Shown piece after piece: positions 49,340 to 62,000 of a stretch of DNA of 64,000 nt; the stretch's first letter is position 1, and every line of letters begins with the position of its first letter. The notes under the pieces are model-generated. The model worked only from the letters and a program-made list of their open reading frames with translations. It ran no database searches and was not told the DNA's origin. Origin of the DNA: Halocafeteria seosinensis (Eukaryota); assembly GCA_001687465.1 (NCBI GenBank), contig LVLI01000388.1, positions 1 to 64,000 on the forward strand. The letters are read 5' to 3'. The translations under genes and the position numbers were made by a program.

Positions 49340-52300
49340 ATGCCGACAACACGTCGTAGTCTGAGGAAGCGCAGCTCTCCAGCGAAGCAAAATGGAGCTA
49401 TTCGGGCTCATTCACCCACCAAGAAGCAGAAATCCAAGACACGGCGCTACCACCGTCGCCGCCCGAAAAGCAGTGAAGAGAATGTCAATGGAACGAGTTC
49501 TGGTCCGGCTATTATACCTCATGAAGGGGAGTTCAAAATCTGCCACCATTTTCAATGCATTCGGCGTGAACAAGTTGCTCCTGTGCTGTCCAGACCTCAT
49601 AAATGGAGCTGCCAAGGTACGCTCGTTTGTGTCTCTATGTTTGCCTGAAAACCTCGGCGGCCCTCAACGGTGTCGATGCAGTCTGTTGCACCACCCAGGA
49701 AGTGTTCGTGTGCTTAACGTGTGGGCACCGAGGCTGCTCTCGAGGGGTCGATAAACACGCATACGCCCACTTCGAAGAGCACCCGGATCATCCTCTGTCG
49801 ATGCAAGTGCCAGGTGCGATTGTGTACTGCTACCAAGGTAAGCACCTGGAACTGCACCGGCTATGGGGTTTATTGGAGGAATCTGGATTGGAGGTTTGCA
49901 GATGAGGAATGGGTACTACCGGATGCTGACAACAATCGGCATGACTTGACGCTATTACGGCAAACCGTGTATATACTTGCGCAAGGAGCGGTGCCGTAAG
50001 TGCCAGTCGTTTTCTCTACACAACTGCTGCTTGCTTTGACGGTGCGTGTATCGTGTACAAACAGGGGAATGATCACAAGACGGGGGACGCAGTTCTCTTC
50101 GGACAAAAGTCTTGGCGTTTCTCAGCCATCTCTTGCTAGATTGCCATCGTGGGATGAAGGGGAGCAGAAGGTCGCTGGATCACCACAAGCGAGGAAAGGA
50201 GTCCTGCCAGGTCTCAGCCAGGCCGACTTAGACGAAGAAGTTGAGTCTGATCGTCTAGCTACGGCCAAACAGTGGCATCTATATCGCACTCTAGCAAGAG
50301 CATTTCTGGCTTGGCACTCGGGTGTCAAAAACAAATTTGACGAGAAAAGCCCATTCCCGGACGAAGCCGAATACATCTCCGAAGATGAAGACCAGGACCA
50401 GAAAAGAACTGATACCCAAGAAGAGATGGATTATCGTAGGTTTTACTTGTACCCAGAAGATGCGAGAGAATTAGATTTGTCCATCGCTGGCACCGTGTTT
50501 AACCTTCAAAAAGTTCCTGCTGTACTTCGGCACCATAAATCGAAGAAATACGGCGATTACTATACCGATATACCGACGGTACGTTTTGCGCTTCGGATGA
50601 CTAGTCTTGTGGATGTTTGAAGAAGAGAGTGTCCAAATTTGCAGGATTCGTCAATGAGTGCGCAGTTAGCGAGAAGGAGTACATTGCCGAAAGGGAGAAC
50701 AGGTTTGAGGAATCTAGGTATGCCCGTCTTCGCTTTTGATTCATGTACCTATTTCTTGAGCGGATCAGCTTTCTTGCTACAGGAAATACATGTTTCATCA
50801 ATAGTGTTCTTCAGTGTTTACTTCATACGCGAATGTGGAGGAAGTATTTCTTGAAGCTTAAGCAATTTACTTATCCCAGCAATGCTCCGTTTCCGTCCAG
50901 CGCATCCAGCAGTGAAGCGACAAGTTTCACGTGTACTTCCGACGGCGGAAATAGCAATACTTCGGCAAGTAGTATAGCTCATGCTACTCCAATGTTGTGG
51001 AGGCAAGATACGAGCGCGGTGTACTCTTACATGGAAAAACCTTCAAAGAAGAATACATTGGGAGAGGCCAGGGGTATCACTGAAGAGAAGGAATCCAGCA
51101 TGGATGGTGGTACTGGGATCAGCTCTGGAGGTTCTGGAGCTCGAAGTGGGACGATACATTCTGTCGCTACTCGCTCGCCTTCGTTAGGACCGAGGCTTAC
51201 CTTGACTCCCGCAAAGAATACTTACGAGAACGAGCCTATGAGTCCCTCGCCCTCTCCCTGGGGCCTAGATGATTTTCAGCTCGACGCACCAGCGCAAGAT
51301 CAAGAGTCCCCTCATGGCACAACAGAACTTCATCGGCAGACTTCCTTTAGAGAACATCCTGACCGACAAGAAGGCCATGACAACAATGAGACTATGGTTG
51401 CTGGATTTATGTTCTACTCCAAGGATAGCACGCTTGGTGTCGAAATGAGTAACGTTGCACGCCTCCTCTGGTCAGGGAGATGGGCAGTGATAACGCCGTA
51501 TGCCTTCATTGTTGTAAGTGCATCTATGGTTCAATCGTATATGATAGTGATTTTACGGAGCTGGAAATCTTGTTCGCAGACTGTGTGGCGTTTGCTTCCG
51601 CATTTTAAAGGCTACAACCAACAGGACGCTCAAGTATGTTTATACAAGAGTAATTCCGCGTGCCAGTTGGTCTGAATTTCTGAGCGCCGAAATGCAGGAA
51701 TTTTTTGCTGCCCTCGTAGATTCGATGCATGAGGAAGCTATGCGTGGAGGAATTCCACAGGACATTTATGAAAGCTTTCTCGAGAATTCAACAAATGACA
51801 ATGCAAAACCAAATGGCTCTACGGAACTCCGAAGTAGCAGTGCCCTCCGTTCTCTACCAGCATTCCGTCCACCCAAGAAGGTAGGTAATACGAAGTCCAG
51901 TGGTCAGACGGCACAGCCTCAGGCGAAGACAAAACGATTAGGAGTAAGAGCATCCTCGATGAAACGGGTGGGAGGAAAACGAAAAGAGGAGGAACCCCCG
52001 GCAACTCACCATGAAGGGCCGTTATTTTACCGATACCAACCGTCTGATCACGTGGCCACAACTGTGTGTGGGACGATGATAAACCGAATACAGTGCTCAA
52101 AGTGTCAGCATGAATCGACTCAAGAAGAACCGTTCTCGCATCTTAGTGTTGATGTTAGCGCCCCGCGCATCAAAGCCATGTCTAAAGGAGATTTGGAAGA
52201 TTGCCTCCATGAAATGGTCCAACCCGAAGAGCTGAGTGGGGACAATGCCTACTACTGCTCTTCCTGCTGTGAATATGTGACGGCACACAAACAACGGATG

Positions 52301-53007
52301 CTCAACCGAGTTCCATATGTAAGGATTTCTTCATACTTGCTTCGACTCTTGGGAACCTTAGTGATTGATCTTGAACTGCAGGTCCTAGTCATTCATGTCA
52401 ACCGAGCACAATGGTCTCTGCAAGGTGCTAAAACCAAGATTGATAAATTTATTTCTGTAAGTCGTGTTTGATAAGTTAGTGGAGGCAGTTTACTTGACCT
52501 GTATGTGATTGAATGTCCTGCAGTACCCACTCGACGATTTTCGTCCCTACCGTTACGTTTATAGTGAAGCTCATCCTCCTTTAAACCAGGTGTCGGCGGA
52601 TACCGGGGAATATCAGGACTCTAATGATGCTCCCCGCACACACAGACGCCGAGGATCAGTCTCCGCAGAAAGCGCTCAGTCCCTTTGGACTCCGGTAGAA
52701 GCGAAACAATTTACGGAGCTTCCTGAGTACAAATTGGTAGGACTGGTTGAGCACAGTGGGCGCGGAATCGATCGGGGTCACTACATCTCATTTTGTCGAG
52801 ATCCCTTCCCTAGAGATGGTAGGTGAAGTCCTATTATCTGTGTCGGCCGCGACGACTGTGAGGATGATTAGTGTTCCCGTTGCAGATACCTGGCATTTGT
52901 ATAATGACCATCATGTAACCTTGGCTAGCACCGAGCAGGTTGCTCATACTCAGGCGTATATATTGTTTTACGAGCGCGTTGACAGCAGGAATTACCCAAC
53001 TTGGTAG
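49340..53007 (+). CDS. Ubiquitin-specific protease with zf-UBP, USP44/USP49-like
   Basis: zf-UBP CLTCGHRGCSR...HAYAHF; Cys box GLRNLG/NTCFINSVLQCL; LWSGRWAVITP...VWRLLPHFKGYNQQDAQEF; His box EHSGRGIDRGHY, YND, AYILFY; many short introns. Confidence 0.88.
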
Positions 53008-53305
53008 CCTAGTGGTTGCGGGTAGTTCGAATTACCACAGGTTTCTTCCCTGTGGTACACAGCGGTAGAGGTAGAGACACAAACTCAGTCTCCCTACTAT
53101 ACACGTTGCGTATTCTCTTTAATGTATTTGAAAGTGAATACACCACCACAACGGTGAGTGGAACTCCACTTGAACAAGAAAACTGTACGAGTAAGACTTA
53201 AGTTACTTAACCCTTTCCAAATTGATTATTAAATTCCACTTCACTGGATTGTTGACGAAATGAATGTTTTTGAAATAGTTTGTATAAAGGAAAATAGTGG
53301 TAATA

Positions 53306-53917
53306 ATGGAGTACTTGAATACATTACAAAGTACGAGTGCTGAAGTTAATGCTTTAGGCGCTTTACTGACCGATTCCAATGGGTTTACGATACAAGGTGC
53401 GCAGACTTACCTCCGTAATTTATTTTTTTTTTAAAGAGCTATCAATCCTCGTGCAGCATCGGGCGAATTACCGCTGGAGAGTGGCCCTTACATCCGATCG
53501 TTGTGTCAACGAGCGCATGCATTAGCGAAAACGACGGGGGAATCCACCAGTGGAGGCCCTCCCGTGGTGACTATCGAGACCAAGGACCGCCATATTACAG
53601 TCCGTTCCGTCGATGACCACGACCAACAGTACTCTCTGGCTCTCATCTCAGACGCGAACCAGGTGAATGCCCCATTGAAAGTGAAAAAACCAGCACATGA
53701 CAGCCAATTGGACCATGGAGCCAAAGGCGCCTCGGGGGGCCAAGGAAGCCAGCATGAAGAAGGGGCCAATGAAGGCCCCAAGGCCACGTCGGATGAACAT
53801 GATGAAGAGGATGACGAGCAGAATGAAGAGTATGCCGAACGAGAGGACCATCCTATGGAAGAGGACGAAGAAGATGACGGCGGTGGCCATCATCGAAGAG
53901 GGGATTCTGAATACTGA
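53306..53917 (+). CDS. LAMTOR5: Ragulator subunit LAMTOR5 (HBXIP)-like with acidic C-terminal extension
   Basis: ATG 53306 plus intron 53397-53456 gives ALGALLTDSNGFTIQASGELPLESGPYIRSLCQRAHAL...PPVVTIET, matching the LAMTOR5 pattern GVLCTDSQG...PVVCLES. Confidence 0.72.
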
Positions 53918-54036
53918 AAGCCATAACACACTATGGTAGCTATATCATCAGAGGAGTGAATCAGGGTATGGGTACGAAATGTATACATGTGCTTGGAGTG
54001 CATTACAACTTGTCTCAATTATTGTTGTGAGCGTAT

Positions 54037-56301
54037 TCACACTTGTTGACCACTTACGCATAACATGCCTCGGGCCTTGGTATTTGGGTTGCCACCTGCA
54101 CGTGGTAAAGGGGGAAGGGCATTGCCGCAACGTGTGTTTCCAGAGGCTTCTGAAAAATTGGGGTTCTTGCGGGGAGGGGCAGTTCGTTGCGGGGGAATCA
54201 CCGACGTTATCTGACTCGAACTCGAGGAGATAATACCCTGTATTGCTGACTCTGCGCTGTTTTCATCCAAAGCTGCTCGTGATGGTTGTTTTGGTTGCAC
54301 TCTTCTTGGAGGTAACTGTCTTGATGTCGCGGGGATCTGTCGTGAGACCGTACCAGCCATGGTAGTAGAATTACCGCGGACAGTCATCAAACTAGGTAGA
54401 GTCTCCGGAGACTGCGTAGTATAGTCCTCCTTTTTGGACTTCCACTTCTGTGCTTGCGTTCGTCGAGTGAAACAATTTCTTTGTTGCTTCTCTTTAATTT
54501 GCTCCTTGGGTGCTGATAATGGTTTGGCACTTGGACGATGAGCATGGACGTGCTCTTCGTGAGATCCAACTATGGAAGCTCCCCGAATGTCTAGTGATAC
54601 GTCACTATGCTCTGTATTGGGTCGGTCAAAACTTGTACAATTCTCTTTATCAGAACCATTAGGAGAACTCGGTGACGAATTTGCCTTCTTCCGCCCTGCG
54701 ATCCCAGGCACCGAAATTTAAGCAGGAACTATCCTAACCAAAACGTGGCTGGCACGTGCACATACCGACAACGTTGGTGTTTAAGATCAATCCAGGCAGT
54801 ATTACTTTGTGTTGACAACTAAGGGCGGGACATCTGTAATGTTTTCCCCGGAAATGATCTTCTAGACAATTCTGCGGATAAAAGAAAAAAAAAAAGCTAA
54901 TCGACTGGAAGAAACTTGCCCAGAAGGACGAAAATAGTAGCTTACCTTATGGATAAGGTGATAACACGGCAGCACACAACAGCCGGAATCATCCGTCACC
55001 AATAGTCGTACATTCATACCACAATGAACGCATGTCTGTTCGTCAAACCGCGTTGTGGCAGTCTTGAGTCTCGTTCCATCTTTCCGGCTCCACTGTTGGA
55101 TACAGTTAGAAAGATATTGAAACAGCTCAGGAGATGAATTGATTCGATCCAGCTCCAAGAGTCTTTCGTAATCTTCATGGGTGATTTCTCTGTGCTCTAG
55201 TTCCTGTAGACTTTCGGGTAAAGGCTGCATATTGCTCGTTCCGTCACATTCTCGTGGAGCGGGGATCCAAGCACAGTTGCCGGGCCGATCTTTCCGAACT
55301 ATCGCATGGCCTTTGTGCCGACAACGATGGAAGCAACGACTGCAAAGGTCTGCTTCGTCGCATTCAATGCATCTATACCGGCATCCATATAATGGTTTTG
55401 TTCCACATTCGACACAAACAGTCCCAAAGTGCACGTTTTTGGGTTTCTTGCGGCTTTTCTCCTTGAGATCCTCTTGCAGTCTTCGAAGCACTTCGGGTGC
55501 TTCTCCCCATTCATGGCGGCAGAGCGGGCACGTAACGGCTTCATTGTGTGAATTGCGATGCTCTGCCCAAGCTTTCATGCACTTAACATGGGCATGCTTT
55601 TCACATGAATGGCAGAAGGTAAGGAACTCTTCGGGGATAATGTCAATCTGACAAATCGGGCACACTTCCTCCGGGTCCAATTTCCGAACTGGCCGAGAAC
55701 CTTTGCACACTGTCATGGGGTTTGCATCAATGTCTTCTTTTCTCTCTTTCTGATGCTGGTCACGCTCTTGCTGCTCCTGTTGTCGTTGTCTGCGTTCCTC
55801 GGCTAGGCGTTCCCGGTTGTCCGTCAAGTGTTGCAACTCCCGTTCGGAGAGAGACTGGTTCACAAGCACCGGGTCATTCTCTTCAAGCTGAAAGATGCGT
55901 ACGAGGACAAAGACAATATGCAAGCATACTCCAAACTTGGAGTTTTTACACGAACAACACTTGGACGGGGTCAATGAACTCAGAGTTACACGACTCGGTT
56001 TGTGTTCCTCTTCCGCGCGGACGACAAACGACAGAGGTCCTTGTTCCTTCAGCAGGAACAATCGGCAATTTCGCAGCTTCTCCATGACAATCTTCAGCAT
56101 CTGTTTGGGAGTCATGTCGCTCTGTTTACCTCGTTTTCGCCTCCGTATCGTGCTCGAGGTATCCACTTCACAAGCCTCATGATGACTGATTTGGTCCATT
56201 TCTGAACGGTCCGTTCCTCCTTGAGACCGCGCGCTGCCTTGGTTGCCAGGAATATCTCCATTTGAGGCACCAGTAGGGCCTCCAGAGGCAGCTGCCATCA
56301 T
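54037..56301 (-). CDS. ZSWIM2: ZSWIM2/MEX-like E3 ligase (SWIM-RING-ZZ-RING)
   Basis: LLKEQGPLSF...CSC...CLHIVFVL (SWIM); CPIC...HVKC...CPLC (RING); CVEC...YRCIEC...DLCSRC (ZZ); LEHREITHEDYERLLELD; second RING split by an intron near 54945. Confidence 0.82.
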
Positions 56302-56593
56302 GCTTGGGGGTGTATCAATCTCGTAGCATGGAGAGACCGTTAAGCTCGCAGTGCACAACTTCAACTACAGCTGATTTCGTCGTGAATGCCGCGCTCCATC
56401 AAGCCACAACCATTCTAAGACAATTATATATTTTGGTTCACATGTTTCATTCCTCCATACTAAGAAATAACTCCTTCTAAGCAGCAGAAAATAGTCCCAA
56501 GGGGAAAAGGCAACGAAAAGTTTGCACGCTTTTTGGCGGAAATAGACGATTGGAGACTCGTGGGGTTGTATATTGGCTGTTTAGGGTACAATC

Positions 56594-58926
56594 ATGGGGA
56601 GCGACAGCAGTGATGTCTCCTCCTCTCTTTTGTCTTCCTCTTCAGCCTCTTCGGGGTCTTCTTCGGAGGAAGACAAGGGAGGAAAAAGTCATCAAAGAGG
56701 GCATCGACCTCCCTCCAGAGCCGAAAAGGACTATAACGGAGGCGATTATTACACAGTTATAGCCGATTTGCGGAAGCCTTTAGGTCTCAAATGCGGGGTA
56801 CGCTGCTTGCCACTTCACTCTCTGGTGTATCTCGTGTATTCACGGCCATAGTACGACGTTTGACAGATGACGCCACGACCCCAATATGGACGCATGAAGG
56901 ATAGACAGGTGCATATCAAAGAGATAGCGCGGTCATCACAGTTTTATGGGAGGATCAAAGAGGGTGACGTACTCGTCAAAGTCGCACAGAAACTAACGTC
57001 CCCTTCCAGGGAACGGAATAGCGGAAGACGAAGGCGACGGTCCTCTCAAACCGAACCAACGGTGTGGGTGATACAGACTCTGCAGGATGCGGTGAATGTG
57101 AGTGGCATGTAGTGGTAGTTCCTGGTTGATACTCCGCGTGAAGACTTATGTACTATGTGCAGGCGTTTCAAGAAGTATATGAGGCAAAAACTCGAAAGCA
57201 TCCGTTTGCAGTATTATATTTGTTCCCGATGACCAACGATTCAAATCCTCGTTGTGAACCAATGCATTCCCAGGAATCTTCCGACAATTCCAGCACGAAG
57301 TTTAACGATGAATTCTACTGGGAGAATTCTCGTAGTACAGAGGCCCTTCACTGCTCCGTGAAGGAGCGAACCACTCTCACTCAGTTACAGATCTACAAGG
57401 AGAAGCTTCGCGCCGTAGCAGATTCATGGAAGCAATTAATCAGTACGAGCGAGGTGGTGGCGTCTTCGTCAGAAGGAAAGGGCGACCGAGGAAACTACCA
57501 TGGATTTCCATGGACGTCTGCAAACGCGGCTTTAAAGAGAGAGATGTTAAACGAATATCAGCGAAGGAAGGCGATCCGATGCTATGGAGAAGCTCAAGCA
57601 CTTTACGAGCGTGTCGAGGAGCAAGAGAATGAGGTGAATAAGCACATTGCTCAACAGGGAAAATACAGAAAGCATGGCTTCGCAGTCTCAAGGGAGGGTT
57701 TGTTGGACGTTATAACGCGAGACAAACTGCAGCAATTGGGTTTATCCGTGACCAAAGTGCAGCAAGATCTGACTCAGTTTTTGGACACCCTACAAAGTAA
57801 TGATGGAATCGCGAACGGATCTACTCTAGAGAACGGAGAGATTAATTCAGATCACGCTAGGGGCGCCCACAAGGTAAATTCAACCTGGGAGCATTCTAAG
57901 TATCGAGGTGTTGGACATCGACATACGGAGACAGCTAAAAGGAGCAGGACTTCTAGTTACGACGAACGTATCAGCATGGCAGAACTTGAGGGATGGGCAG
58001 ACGTAAGTCCAGAAGATAGTCAATTCGACAGCGAGAATGCAAGCGTCTTTTCTTCTGAGAATGAGGAACAACACGAGAAGACGAGCAAAGAGCTGACTGG
58101 CTCAAGAAAGAAAATGACTTTAAACTGCCGGGAATCACGCAAAGAAGCACATAAACTGCCTTCAGATATACCTTCGCAGACGGCATATTCTAAGGATGTT
58201 CAAACCGCGGTCACTCCAGAGCACCGACAATCCCTTAACCACTCAGGCTCCTCTCTACAGCGTAACTCAGATCTGAAGTTGCGCCGTGGCTATAGAAACG
58301 GAATTTACACCCAGTTGAAGTCTACACCTCCACCGGCTTCTCGACTGCCCGATACGTGTCGTAAGCAGGACAAACCGCGGAAGGTCCCACAACCGGGACA
58401 AGGGTTAGAAGGCGAACGGAATACTTATATAGACGGTAATTCTAACGAAAGTGTGAACGATAAACTGAAGAGGGTTGATGATGTCCCTGAAGCACAATTA
58501 TGGCATCCCAAATCCGTGGCATCGTTTGGAGTAGCATCGGCCCAGAAGGCTTCAGCTGCAGCAGTTAGAGTAGCTCTGCACGGTGCATCCGTACTCAATT
58601 CCGATGCGGCTATGCAAGATACGATGGGTCGCGATTTTAGTTCGCTTGACATTGATAACAAGGAAAGGACAGTGTTGAAGGAGGAAGATAATTTGAGCAA
58701 CGACGGAAGCACCTTTGTTCAGCAGCTATCACTTGAGGATTTGGCAGCTAGTCCCCACCTCGAGGTGAAAGACATCGCTCGAAAGGTCCGAGATCGCCTT
58801 CAACACTCTCCCACTGACAGGAAGTCTCGAGACACTGATATGGAAAAGAGTGATACCATGACTTCCACGAATACTTGTGGAACCGGAAAAACCCATCCGC
58901 GGATAGCTGCCATCTTTGGGTCGTAG
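56594..58926 (+). CDS. Hypothetical protein with PDZ-like N-terminus and disordered tail
   Basis: KPLGLKC...VHIKEIARSSQFYGRIKEGDVLVKV across introns; 592-aa final ORF. Confidence 0.6.
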
Positions 58927-59043
58927 TCCTTCAAGTCAGCATCCCTTTGGAATTTTTCCCACATTCAGCCCCCCGTTTCCAGTAACATGCTGGTGGAACC
59001 GGAAAAACCCATCTGCGGATAGCGGCCATCTTTGGGTCGTGGT
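58877..59043 (+). repeat. 51-bp direct repeat (58877-58927 and 58993-59043), 3 mismatches
   Basis: gtggaaccggaaaaacccatc(c/t)gcggatagc(t/g)gccatctttgggtcgt(a/g)gt. Confidence 0.9.
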
Positions 59044-59094
59044 AATGCTAGTAATGTACAACGATGCCGTATATTCCTCGTACTCATACTCTAT

Positions 59095-62000
59095 TTAAAC
59101 GAACTCTTCCTCCATATGTTCGTCATGATTACTATCCCTGTAGGGGCGATCATTCAATCTCTGCGAGACCCTTCGCGCAACTCGTTCACCTTCTCGTAAC
59201 AGTTCTGCGATTGACCAGTCGTCCTCGGATATGTAACTGTCCTCATCGGAAGGAGGGGCCGACTCGCTCCATCCATATCCCGGAAGAAACTTGTCTGGTT
59301 GTTCATCCTCTCCCATGCTCAACCTAACGTCACCAGGAACGTCATCTGTTTCAACGCCTATTTCAGCGACATTGCGGCTGTACGTTGCTGGGCCATTTTC
59401 TCCGGCGGATTTACCCGCCCTTAAGGCTCTTTCCTCGGCAGCAAGCTCATCCAATTCCTCAGGACCAGCATAGCTGTCAGAATCATCTTCATCGCTCTCA
59501 AGCCAATTCGCATCCCAGTGCGACATTTCATGGGGTGCTTCCTGCTCGTCTTCAATACTCAATCTACTATCTGGTCTCGCTTCGTCAATTTCAAGCCGGG
59601 GAACAGCATCTCGTCTGTCGATATTCTTTCTCTTCGCTCTTATTAGCTTATGTCTCTCCCAAAGACAACGCGTACGACACCACCAAGCAAAGTAATTTGT
59701 CCATACGGACTTAACTGTATGCTCTAAGCGATACAGCATCGCACCAATAAAACGCATTCCAAAAATCAAAACGGTTAGACCGACAATGATCCAGGTGCCC
59801 CATTGGAAGACGTCATTCAGATTCACCATAGAAGCTACCATCCTGCAATGATTATCCAAGTGAGGAAGGGCAATATTAGAAGAAAGCAAGTACCTCCTCT
59901 TACCAGTTGGTGAGTAGCCAAAAGCTAAGGACCCGGGTGCGAAAGGCTGCGAATTCAGACGAGACTGTCTCGTTCTCCTCTCGCAACTTCTTTTCCCGTC
60001 TGTAAAAGGATCGCGCAATAAATGAGATGTTACGAAAAGTCTCAACCAGACACTGCCATACTTACTCCTTTATTTTACGTTCGACAGCCTCTTGCTGGGC
60101 GGCGACATACGCATCGTCGAGCATTTTCTGGGGGTCTTGAGGAGCTGAGTCCGTCCGTCCCCTTCTTGCCACACTGGACCTTTCATTCTCATTCTCACCC
60201 TCTTCGTTTCTATTGTCGCCTGTCGCAGGGTTATCATCAGCATAAAATTGTGCGTGCTGTAACTCCCGAATCCTCCCTTCCACCTCTTCTAAGATTTCGG
60301 ACGCCCGTTTTCTCGGTTCACCTCCAACTTTAACGTCCATATTTCTCTTTATATCTCGTCGGGCTTGAAGCAGTAAGGCGTGCAAGTTTCCTTCTTGAAG
60401 CCGGTGGCTGATGTCGTTAAGATTGCAGAAGCTGTAGACTAGGAACAGATTGATATACGTTGGAAACATGAACGTATACTGCATGAAAGTGAAGGTCATT
60501 GCAAAAAAACTGCTGTTGACAACCGCAGCAACTATCAGCATACCAAGAGCTGAAGCCAAGCCCCACACGAAAATTGGATTGAATGCCTCTTCTGCTGCTG
60601 ACAGCAGGAAGAGTGCAAGCGCCACGTACATAAATGCACCATATATCAGAGAAGAGACAAGATACACACGTTCAACGTCTTCCGCCCGAGAGGCAAGCGC
60701 AAATACAACCTGAAGGGCCAACGTTATCAGGTACACCAGGTGGAACCCAAATGTTATGATATCGGTTCCAAATCCTAATCCCGCTACGGCAGTCGTAAAG
60801 ATGTAGAACATGGTCACGTACATCAGGGAAGGAGCAAACCATATGTAGAGAACATAGAACACGTGCATCAGCGATTGCACGCTCAATGCACATTTCCGGA
60901 AGAATGAGTGAGCGCTCCGCTGCCATAGAGCCTTCGCTCTCGAAAGGAAGTAAAAATAACCGAAAAAAGTACCACTGAGATAGCGGCGTCGAGATATAAG
61001 CAAGGGAACGAGTCCATTTGCTAGTTCTTGCTCCACGACCGCCCCTGCGGCATAATGAGTGGTCCAATTACTCTTGGACTTTGTAAGAACCTCGTAGGCT
61101 ATGATACGGTCAACGGTAAGATATAAATTGGATAGGAAGGGTCCCAGCTTGTGCAGCCCCTCTTCCTCCACCTTAAAATATTGGTTCAGGGGCTCTCCTC
61201 TGATTGCCTCCCATCGGTATACTGTGAAACTGTTGCTAAATGGGACGACAAAGCCGGCAAACGAGTCAGCTTGTTTTTGCAATACATGTGACAACTTGTG
61301 TTCAAAAGTTTGGCTCGCTTCAGAGAAATTGTAAAGCCGCGCTGAGTAGGGACGAACTTCGCCCGCAGCTAGTCCAACCTGCGGATTGAGCTCCATGCTT
61401 TCGTACAGGTACCTAAACGCACCAGAAGTTGGGTATACACCTGGTGAGACTACAGTGATATACTTCGGCCTTATTTGACGAGCAAATCCACTAAATGACC
61501 ACAAGTGCGAGTTTAGGACACCTCCAGTTTTTTCCTTAACCGAGACGATCATTTGGAGTGGTAGATAATATTCGCGTTGCGTTATGTGACGAGCAATTTC
61601 GACCGTTCGCTCAAATATATGGCATGTTACTTCCATCCCCTTATGAATGCTCAATAGCATTTCAGGGTCCCAGATCTGTAGGTCGTGTCGCAGGTACTTG
61701 AGCACATCCTTGGGGATGCTGTTCCTTCCGTCAATTACTAGATTCACTACCGCTTGTTCCCATCGAACACCGGCCCGGTGTAATTCAGACAAATTCTCTG
61801 CTATACTCGCCAGCGTCCTGAAAGTAATATATCCGCAATGAAAAGCCGAAGCAATTGACATAACCAACGGATGCGCTTACCTCTTCAAATGCTCCAGTGG
61901 TTCGTTATAATACGCCACACAGATAAAAAGCTCTATGTTCCGTCGCTGTCTCGTTATCCGCAGCAAAGTGCCTAAATTGCGGGGACGGCGGTTGATAGCC

